A stretch of DNA of 64,000 bases, from NCBI GenBank assembly GCA_902476645.1, contig CABSEG010000002.1, forward strand, positions 4,632 through 68,631. Direction: 5' to 3'. The translations under genes and the position numbers were made by a program. Of the stretch, positions 57,120 through 64,000 are shown in pieces (within the stretch, counting starts at the first letter, position 1; each line of letters begins with the position of its first letter). The notes beneath the pieces are model-generated. The model worked only from the letters and a program-made list of their open reading frames with translations, did not search any database and was not told the DNA's origin. The DNA is from an uncultured Lachnospiraceae bacterium (GTDB lineage Bacteria; Bacillota; Clostridia; Lachnospirales; Lachnospiraceae).

Positions 57120-57764
57120 ATGAACAGTTTAAAAATACCCATTGAGACATCTGCCCGCCATGTGCATATCACCAGAAAGGATTTTGAAACACTGTTTGGG
57201 CCGGAAGCGGAGTTAATTCCATCCAAGGCCTTAAGCCAACCGGGACAATTTGCGGCCAGACAACGCATTATCGTTTCAGGCCCCGGAGGATCTTTTGAAA
57301 ATGTGGTGATTCTGGGTCCCTTTCGGGATTCTACTCAGGTGGAGGTCTCCGTAACGGATGCGAGAAAGCTGGGAATTCCCGCTATCATTCGCCAATCCGG
57401 GGATCTCAAGGGTACGCCTGGCTGTACACTTATGGGGCCCTGCGGGACTGTCTGTTTACAGGAGGGCGTAATCGTAGCCAAACGCCATATCCATATGACG
57501 CCCCAGCAGGCACTTCTTTTTCATGTAAAAGACAATGACAATGTGTTTGTTATCACGGAAAGCTACCACCGGGCCCTGATTTACGCAGATGTGGTGGTTC
57601 GCGTAAATAAAAATTATGCACTTGCCATGCACGTAGACACGGATGAGGCCAACGCTTTTGCCTGTGAGACAGAACCTTACGGCGTTTTGCTTAAGCTATT
57701 TGACGGTACTACTTACAGCCTGCATAACTGGGCGGAAGAGATTCTAAACGGAATACACCGTTGA
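57120..57764 (+). CDS. pduL: Phosphate propanoyltransferase / phosphotransacylase PduL
   Basis: Starts at MNSLKIPIETSARHVHITRKDFETLFG with a GGGGGAAG RBS. It has the duplicated PduL motifs SARHVH and AKRHIHM, plus HVDTDEANA. Confidence 0.85.
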   Translation: MNSLKIPIETSARHVHITRKDFETLFGPEAELIPSKALSQPGQFAARQRIIVSGPGGSFENVVILGPFRDSTQVEVSVTDARKLGIPAIIRQSGDLKGTPGCTLMGPCGTVCLQEGVIVAKRHIHMTPQQALLFHVKDNDNVFVITESYHRALIYADVVVRVNKNYALAMHVDTDEANAFACETEPYGVLLKLFDGTTYSLHNWAEEILNGIHR

Positions 57765-57775
57765 TCTGCCGGAAA

Positions 57776-57826
57776 GGACATAGACGGTTTTTCCAGAACC
57801 CTCTTCTGAAAAAACCGTCTATGTCC
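57776..57826. terminator. Bidirectional terminator-like hairpin between convergent genes
   Basis: A 17-bp stem GGACATAGACGGTTTTT/AAAAACCGTCTATGTCC with a 16-nt loop. Confidence 0.55.
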
Positions 57827-57856
57827 CTGAGCATGTCTGTCCTAGGCTTTGTCTTT

Positions 57857-58774
57857 TTAGTGAATTTTTTTAGAAATCAGATACCGCGGCCTTCCCTTTA
57901 CTTCTTCATAAATCTTTGAGATATAATATCCAATGATTCCAAGACTGATCATAATAACGCTTCCTACAAAGAGAATCAGCAAGATCACAGTGGTAAATCC
58001 CTCCACAGCATGACCACTGAAATATTTCACCAACGTCTGAATACCAACGACCAATCCCATCAGAAACACAAATAGTCCCGCAATGGTAACCAATTGCATG
58101 GGAACTGCCGAGAAAGCCGCAATATTTGTCACCGCATACTTTATCAGAGACCAGGCTGACCATTTAGACTCCCCCTCTGTGCGCTCCTGCACATCAAATT
58201 CTACGGTAGCCGATTCATAGCCAACCCAGGAGGAAAGCGCTCTGAAAAAAGCATTTCTCTCTGGCATATTTAAAAGGGCATCCACTGCCTTTTTATCCAT
58301 TAACTTAAAATCTGACGCCCTGGACATATCTATTTTTACTGCTTTGGAAATCAACTTATAAAATAAGCCGGCGCTGGCCCGGTGCAGCGGGTTTTCCTTA
58401 CCTCTGCTTCTCTTGACTCCCTCTACTACCTCATACCCCTGTTCCCACAGGCGATACATCTGCACAAGGGTTTCTGGAGGATGCTGTAAATCACAATCCA
58501 TCACCGCACAGCAATCCCCTCTGGCGCTGGCAAGGCCTGCAAAGATGGCAGATTCTTTGCCAAAGTTTCTGGAAAAGTGAATACCTGTGATATACTCATC
58601 CTTTACGGCAACCTCCTCAATCTCCTTCCATGTATCGTCTTTGGAACCATCATCCACGAAAATTAACTGATAAGGAATCTTTTCCCGTCTCAGCAATGCG
58701 CTGATCGTTTCGGCTGTTTTTGGAATCATTCTTTCCTCATTGTAAGAAGGTATTACGACTGATAAAGTGCTCAT
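57857..58774 (-). CDS. Polyprenyl-phosphate glycosyltransferase, GT2 (GtrB/CsbB/GacI-like)
   Basis: 305 aa with LSVVIPSYNEE, DCDLQHPP and two C-terminal TM helices ending in GIIGYYISKIYEE. Confidence 0.85.
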   Translation of the reverse strand: MSTLSVVIPSYNEERMIPKTAETISALLRREKIPYQLIFVDDGSKDDTWKEIEEVAVKDEYITGIHFSRNFGKESAIFAGLASARGDCCAVMDCDLQHPPETLVQMYRLWEQGYEVVEGVKRSRGKENPLHRASAGLFYKLISKAVKIDMSRASDFKLMDKKAVDALLNMPERNAFFRALSSWVGYESATVEFDVQERTEGESKWSAWSLIKYAVTNIAAFSAVPMQLVTIAGLFVFLMGLVVGIQTLVKYFSGHAVEGFTTVILLILFVGSVIMISLGIIGYYISKIYEEVKGRPRYLISKKIH

Positions 58775-58814
58775 TCATGCTGTCCTTTCTATCGCATTCT
58801 TTCTCCCTATGCCG

Positions 58815-60368
58815 TCACATTTGTTTCTCTAGAACATAGACATTTGCATAGTCTTTGGAATAGATCATTTCGCAGGAATATAAGGTTTCTTTTTCATCCA
58901 TAATCCTTTGAATCATTTCTTCCTGATTAAAATTCTTAGTAAGATAAAGAACAAACCTTTTCTCATCCATCTGTTCCAATACGCGTCCTAAATTTTCCTC
59001 TTTTGTAAATCGATAATCTCGATACTGCTTCAACTCTTCAACGTTCGGCAAAGCTTTCCATGGTATATCATACACATACAGTACGGAATTCTCCCGATGA
59101 GCTTGTGCAATATCTAACTGCTTTTTTGTATCTTTATAAATATAAAACACTCCCAATCGATTTTGTGCCAATATTGAAAATATCAAAAATACACCAACAA
59201 TACAGCAACCGATTTTTATCCGCTTTTCTTTTCCATAGGACTTCTCCATAAGCTTATACAAAACGCTAATTACGATCAATAATATGTACGGAGAAACTGG
59301 CATTACATAGCGATCCGTCTGATATGGAGCTATTTTAGAAATCAGTATCACATACCCTACAACAGCTACCGCCAACATTGTCAACTCATGATTAGCCACT
59401 CTTTTCCATTTTTTATCATTTCCTGACGCCAGAAACACTAAGACACCTATCAAAAGCAGCACTGCAAAAAACTCTCCGCCAAATAACTGATCACTTAAAA
59501 TATGGTAGTATTGCTTTAAATTCTCATAATACCCCTCCAACAGCCTAAAATTGGAAAAGGCTTCTTTTCCCCTCTGCCCAGAGCCAAATATCTGCTCCAG
59601 CATATCTGGAAATGTACAAATGGAGAACGCTCCTGCCAAAACCAAAGTTCCTGCGTATCCCATCGCATCTTTCCATCTCTTTTGAAATAGTAAGCGTAAT
59701 CCAAAATAGAGGCAGAGAAAAAATAAAAAGATCAAAAAATAGTACTGCGTCATGACGCCCAATACCGTTCCTACAAGCAAGCTAATATAAAACTTTACAT
59801 CCAGTTTCTTTTTTCTGAAGTAGGCCACATGCAAAGCTCCTATAGCCAGTACACATGCCGTAAGTAAGGCATACATCCGTATAAACATCATCATATTAAG
59901 ACATATCAACGATACCCCGTTAACCGCCATAACAAGAACTCCGCTTTTCCAACTTTTCAGTATACGGCGAGCTGCCAAAAACAAAAACACATCAATAAAG
60001 ACCATACAAATAAAATTGGGGATTAATCCAATCCATTTACTGAATGTTCCAGGAGTTAAAGAAGAAATAGTGTGAATAATACAATAATAAAATGGAGGAT
60101 GTACATCCATTTTCTGATTCTCCCACACATTGTTATAGTCAAATAAATTCCCAGGCTTAGCTGTCAAATAATCCTGAAATGCTCCGATTCCTTGATACCT
60201 TTTTCCATCTTCAAAAGAAAGGTGTATAGAGCCGGGATGATTGGACAATCCATACGTGAGAAGCTCATCCACGTGATAATTAACCTTCTGGGTTCCTAAG
60301 CCAATCAAGCCTATAAGATGCATTACAATGAAAACCGTAACAACCCATACTATCTTTTTCTTTTTCAT
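58815..60368 (-). CDS. GT-C fold membrane glycosyltransferase (ArnT/PMT_2-like)
   Basis: 517 aa with about 11 TM segments. The first-loop acidic motif is YHVDELLTYG, followed by DVHPPFYY, which is typical of the ArnT/PMT family. It sits next to the GtrB-like gene. Confidence 0.7.
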   Translation of the reverse strand: MKKKKIVWVVTVFIVMHLIGLIGLGTQKVNYHVDELLTYGLSNHPGSIHLSFEDGKRYQGIGAFQDYLTAKPGNLFDYNNVWENQKMDVHPPFYYCIIHTISSLTPGTFSKWIGLIPNFICMVFIDVFLFLAARRILKSWKSGVLVMAVNGVSLICLNMMMFIRMYALLTACVLAIGALHVAYFRKKKLDVKFYISLLVGTVLGVMTQYYFLIFLFFLCLYFGLRLLFQKRWKDAMGYAGTLVLAGAFSICTFPDMLEQIFGSGQRGKEAFSNFRLLEGYYENLKQYYHILSDQLFGGEFFAVLLLIGVLVFLASGNDKKWKRVANHELTMLAVAVVGYVILISKIAPYQTDRYVMPVSPYILLIVISVLYKLMEKSYGKEKRIKIGCCIVGVFLIFSILAQNRLGVFYIYKDTKKQLDIAQAHRENSVLYVYDIPWKALPNVEELKQYRDYRFTKEENLGRVLEQMDEKRFVLYLTKNFNQEEMIQRIMDEKETLYSCEMIYSKDYANVYVLEKQM

Positions 60369-60410
60369 AAATTCTTTTCTGACTCTCCTTTATCTTAGAT
60401 GTATAGATTC

Positions 60411-61505
60411 TTATAATTCTTTTCTCGACATCCTTAGCGCAGATTCAATTACCTTATCCATATCATAATACCTATACTCTCCCAGTCGGCCTCCAAATAT
60501 CACCTGTCCTTCTGCCTCACCCAGTTTTTTATATTTTTCATATAATTTATTATTTCGATCGTCATTAATCGGATAATAAGGCTCCTCTCCTTTCTTCCAT
60601 TCACTCGGATATTCTTTGGAAATCACCGTCTTAGGTTGGTTACCAAACTCAAAATGTTTATGTTCTATGATTCTTGTATATGGTACTTTACGATCTGTAT
60701 AATTAACAACTGCATTTCCCTGATAGTTCTCGCAATCTAACACCTTTGTTTCAAATCGCAAAGAGCGATACTCCAAAACTCCTAAACAAAAATCGAAAAA
60801 TTCATCCAACATACCGGTAAAAACGACTTTCTTTGCCTTCTTATCCCAGTTCCTTCTATCAGAAAAATAATCTGTATTTAATTTTACTTCTGTTCCTTCC
60901 AACATTCTCTCTACCATCTTTGTGTATCCGCCAACGGGAATTCCCTGATAACGATCGTTAAAATAATTGTTATCGAACGTAAAGCGAAACGGAAGACGTT
61001 TAATAATAAAAGCGGGTAAATCTTTACAATCTCTTCCCCACTGCTTTTCTGTATATCCCTTAATTAGTTTCTCATAAACATCTTTTCCAGCTAAAGATAG
61101 AGCTTGTTCTTCCAGATTTTGCGGGTTTGTAATTTGCAAACTGTCAATCTGTTCTTGAATCTTGGCTTTTGCCTGAGCAGGAGTCTTAATTCCCCACATC
61201 TTGCTGAAAGTATTCATATTGAATGGGAGATTATACAATTCCTCCTTATAGATAGCCACAGGAGAATTGATATAATGGTTAAATTCTGCAAATTGATTTA
61301 CATAATCCCATACTTCTTTATTGGAAGTATGAAAAATATGTGCTCCATACTTATGAACCTGGATTCCTTCTATCTCCTCCGTATAGATATTCCCCCCAAT
61401 GTGCGAACGTTTTTCTATCATTAAACAAGTCTTCCCTTTTTTTCTTGCCTCCTGTGCAAAAACCGCTCCATACAGTCCTGCTCCTACAATCAGATAATCA
61501 TACAT
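60411..61505 (-). CDS. glf: UDP-galactopyranose mutase
   Basis: Starts at MYDYLIVGAGLYGAVFA with a GGAAGGGAG RBS. It has the GAHIFHT and YYPINDD motifs. Confidence 0.95.
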   Translation of the reverse strand: MYDYLIVGAGLYGAVFAQEARKKGKTCLMIEKRSHIGGNIYTEEIEGIQVHKYGAHIFHTSNKEVWDYVNQFAEFNHYINSPVAIYKEELYNLPFNMNTFSKMWGIKTPAQAKAKIQEQIDSLQITNPQNLEEQALSLAGKDVYEKLIKGYTEKQWGRDCKDLPAFIIKRLPFRFTFDNNYFNDRYQGIPVGGYTKMVERMLEGTEVKLNTDYFSDRRNWDKKAKKVVFTGMLDEFFDFCLGVLEYRSLRFETKVLDCENYQGNAVVNYTDRKVPYTRIIEHKHFEFGNQPKTVISKEYPSEWKKGEEPYYPINDDRNNKLYEKYKKLGEAEGQVIFGGRLGEYRYYDMDKVIESALRMSRKEL

Positions 61506-61544
61506 AGTTTTGCTCCCTTCCAAGTAGACTCAGGCCCACTTTCT

Positions 61545-62471
61545 TTAATCATGTTCCAGATAATATTCATACAGCTCTTTCAATGTCTCTTCTATAGTAT
61601 ATTGGGGTTCCCAGCCTAATTCTTTTCGAATTTTGCTATAATCACATCGAATATATGGATTTTCCACAGGCCGTACTCTCGCTTGATCTACGCAAACCTG
61701 AATCTTCTGACTGCTCAGGGAAATAATATATTCCAATAATTCTTTGATACTATGGCATACTCCCGTACCCACATGATAAAGCTCTGGTTTTTCCTGCTCC
61801 ACAATCATACGATAAGCTCGCACGATATCTTTCACATTTCCAAAATCCCTGTATGCGCTTAGATTTCCTACCCAAATAATCCCCTCTTTACCGGACTTTT
61901 CAATCTGTGCCACCTGTTTACAGAAATTTGGAAGCACAAAATTCTCTGCCTGTCCTACTCCTGTATGGTTGAATGCCCTCACTTCGTATATATGCAAGCC
62001 GTACCGCTCCCGGTACAGTCTGGAAAAATTTTCCTGAGCAATTTTTGATATCCCATAAGGGCTACTCCCATCTAGAGGGCTTTCTTCTTTTAATGGCTCA
62101 AAACTACTGGCATATTCCTCACTGGAGCCAATCAACAATACTTTTGTCTCCCTATAATACTTCCTTACCGTCTCCAAAATATTCAAAGTACCATTCACAT
62201 TAACATCTATCGTAAGCTGTGGAATATCCCAGGAATATCCTACAGAGCTGACTGCCGCCAGATTTACAATGATATCTGGCTTAACCTTACATATCACCTC
62301 ACAGACTTCCCCCTGATTCAATAAATCTGCCTGGCAACATGTTACTGCATCCAGTTTTTTCCCAGGATCTACCTTATCACTTCCAAAAACCTTATATCCT
62401 TGATTCTGAAACTCCTTTGCAAGATATTCTCCCACAAATCCGGCAATACCAAAAATTAATACTCTATCCAT
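61545..62471 (-). CDS. NAD-dependent SDR, GDP-4-keto-6-deoxy-D-mannose reductase (Rmd)-like
   Basis: 308 aa with FGIAGFVGEYL, YGISK (YxxxK) and FNHTGVGQ...VGNLSAYRDF, which resemble the Rmd/GMD subfamily. The substrate is not provable from sequence. Confidence 0.7.
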   Translation of the reverse strand: MDRVLIFGIAGFVGEYLAKEFQNQGYKVFGSDKVDPGKKLDAVTCCQADLLNQGEVCEVICKVKPDIIVNLAAVSSVGYSWDIPQLTIDVNVNGTLNILETVRKYYRETKVLLIGSSEEYASSFEPLKEESPLDGSSPYGISKIAQENFSRLYRERYGLHIYEVRAFNHTGVGQAENFVLPNFCKQVAQIEKSGKEGIIWVGNLSAYRDFGNVKDIVRAYRMIVEQEKPELYHVGTGVCHSIKELLEYIISLSSQKIQVCVDQARVRPVENPYIRCDYSKIRKELGWEPQYTIEETLKELYEYYLEHD

Positions 62472-62483
62472 CTAATAACCCCA

Positions 62484-63095
62484 CTACTTGACATCTAATC
62501 TCTTAATTACCTGAGCTGGATTTCCGCCAACCACTGTATAAGGCTCTATATCTTTCACCACTACACTTTTTGCCGCAACCACTGCTCCTTCACCGATTGT
62601 GACTCCTTTCAGAATCGTGGCCCCGAATCCTATCCAAGCCTTATCCTTTATCACAATTGGCCTCGAAATAACATGATCCCAGTTTTTGTTTCTGATCATA
62701 TCTCCATATTGCCTCAAATCCTGAAGTTCGATAATGGTATCCTGCTTTCTTTCATCCCAGGGTACAGGATGGGAGTTATGGTCATAAAACACACAGTCCC
62801 ACGCAATCGTGACATCGTTTCCAATACGAATCTCGGATATGGAAATAAAGGTACTGCTTCCAATATGCACCCGCTCACCTATAGATACATACCCACTTTC
62901 CCTTTCAAAAATAAAGGTTCCGTCAATGATACTCTGATCTCCCACAGCCAAATACGTCCTACCCTTTTTTCGATTGCGAAACTCTACCTGAAAATTATTT
63001 CCGTAGTAGGAATTCGAACTAAGTTGTAAAGAATCTTTCACTTTTTTTAAATAGTTGTTCTTTTCCCACGTTTTTAACATTCTGACGATTTTCAT
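62484..63095 (-). CDS. Left-handed beta-helix (hexapeptide-repeat) acyl/acetyltransferase
   Basis: 203 aa with hexapeptide repeats (IGFGATILKGVTIGEGAVVAAKSVVVKDI) and a GGNPA tail. Confidence 0.8.
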   Translation of the reverse strand: MKIVRMLKTWEKNNYLKKVKDSLQLSSNSYYGNNFQVEFRNRKKGRTYLAVGDQSIIDGTFIFERESGYVSIGERVHIGSSTFISISEIRIGNDVTIAWDCVFYDHNSHPVPWDERKQDTIIELQDLRQYGDMIRNKNWDHVISRPIVIKDKAWIGFGATILKGVTIGEGAVVAAKSVVVKDIEPYTVVGGNPAQVIKRLDVK

Positions 63096-63119
63096 TCGCC
63101 GTCTCTCCTTTGCCTCTTT

Positions 63120-64000
63120 CTACTGTTGCCTCACCCATTGAAGATATTTTTCAATTCCATCTTCCAGACTAACTGTCTGATGATAGCCCAGCTTTTGGAG
63201 CTTTGAGACATCGGCTCTCCAATTAATGGGTTCGCCCTCCCGGACTGTTCCGCAGAAGGAAACAATACTTTCATCCTTCCCCACTTTTTTTGCAAATTCC
63301 GTTGCCACTTGGCGGATCGTAACTTCTTTCCCATTTGCAATGTTATAGATATGTTCATCCCTTGGTGACCTCTCCATAATCAAACGAATTGCCTGACAGA
63401 TATCATCAATATAAATATAATCACGACTCTCTCTTCCAGTCCCGAACATAGGCAATTCTCCCTTGCTTTGCAGTTTTTGATACATATCCCAAAAAATCTG
63501 CTTTTTAAGTCCTGGACCATAGGCAGAAAAAATGCGAAGTATCTTAATGTCAAACTCGTAGTTTTCTATAAAATATGCGCAGATGCGCTCCGCCATCTCC
63601 TTATGCAACGCATAGGGTGATACTGGTTTCAATTCTGCGCTTTCACAGATTGGAAGCTGACTTGGATTGCCATATACAGCCGCGCTGGATATGGTCAAAA
63701 TCTTCAACTGGTTTTTGCCAAGGCTCTTTAATGCGAAAAGTAAATTGTGAACCGCCTTCGTATTCCCCTCAAAATCCATATGCGGATCCTTCACGGACTT
63801 TCCCACATCTGCACATCCGGCACAGTGTATGAAAGCATCCGCATTCGTTTTTTCTAAGCTGGATAGCACCTGCGTATAATCACACAAGTCTACTCTATAA
63901 TAAGGGATATCAAATCTGCATTGATATCCTAAATCCCATCCCTCAACCTCTACTCCGGCTTCACAAAATTGTTTACACAGGTGAGAGCCGATAAAGCCAT
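63120..64000 (-). CDS. NAD-dependent epimerase/dehydratase (extended SDR), 5' end outside the window
   Basis: The track starts this ORF at an internal TTG (63887). Hand translation shows the frame stays open to position 64000 and contains the Rossmann motif GFIGSHL. It has a YALHK catalytic motif. Confidence 0.8.
   Translation of the reverse strand, partial: GFIGSHLCKQFCEAGVEVEGWDLGYQCRFDIPYYRVDLCDYTQVLSSLEKTNADAFIHCAGCADVGKSVKDPHMDFEGNTKAVHNLLFALKSLGKNQLKILTISSAAVYGNPSQLPICESAELKPVSPYALHKEMAERICAYFIENYEFDIKILRIFSAYGPGLKKQIFWDMYQKLQSKGELPMFGTGRESRDYIYIDDICQAIRLIMERSPRDEHIYNIANGKEVTIRQVATEFAKKVGKDESIVSFCGTVREGEPINWRADVSKLQKLGYHQTVSLEDGIEKYLQWVRQQ

Noticed and set aside
1-64000. A window-wide look for tRNA/rRNA genes, CRISPR arrays, IS elements, integrases, prophage genes or known defence genes (nucleases, helicases, restriction-modification methyltransferases)
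   Set aside because: None found. The largest non-coding gaps are under 300 nt and are explained by promoters and terminators. The only methyltransferase is embedded in the polysaccharide operon.

Overview
This window looks like a chromosomal segment of a spore-forming Firmicute, Clostridia or Lachnospiraceae-like by gene content (inference only; no search was possible). It is almost fully coding, with about 58 protein genes. I saw no rRNA, tRNA, CRISPR array, transposase or integrase.

Layout:
- 1-5486 (-): a giant secreted GH127-like glycoside hydrolase.
- 5.6-19.4 kb (-): housekeeping and sporulation genes: glpK, an iron alcohol dehydrogenase, dus, spoVAC-AB-AA, sigF-spoIIAB-spoIIAA, a zinc-ribbon/TPR protein, folC and an amino-acid ABC transporter.
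- 19.6-22.4 kb (+): a four-gene cassette: GtrB/ArnC-like GT2, ATP-grasp ligase, and two ArnE/F-like half-transporters.
- 22.4-27.4 kb (-): rpoD, lspA, clpX, htrA.
- 27.5-50.1 kb (-): a tightly coupled, roughly 22.6 kb ABC-transporter-dependent locus for a rhamnose-type cell-wall polysaccharide. It holds rmlBACD, wecE, wzm/wzt, a WbdD-like methyltransferase/kinase-like terminator, three tandem dual-GT2 paralogs, YfhO, a WbaP-like initiator and an LCP ligase.
- 50.3-57.8 kb: a nucleotidyltransferase, a secreted C1 peptidase, a 1115-aa surface protein and an orphan pduL.
- 57.9-64.0 kb (-): a second glycan block that runs off the window: GtrB-like GT2, ArnT/PMT-like GT-C, glf, an Rmd-like SDR, an LbH acetyltransferase and an epimerase.

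Caveat on the ORF track: it lists no minus-strand ORF below 5668. Hand translation shows that 1-5486 is one large minus-strand gene, and that its 3' end is split by two 1-nt indels.

The most interesting candidates are the ATP-grasp-containing Arn-like lipid-sugar cassette and the WbdD/Wzt-CBM-type chain-termination logic in a Gram-positive wall-glycan locus. All family calls come from motif and sequence recognition by eye, not from database searches.
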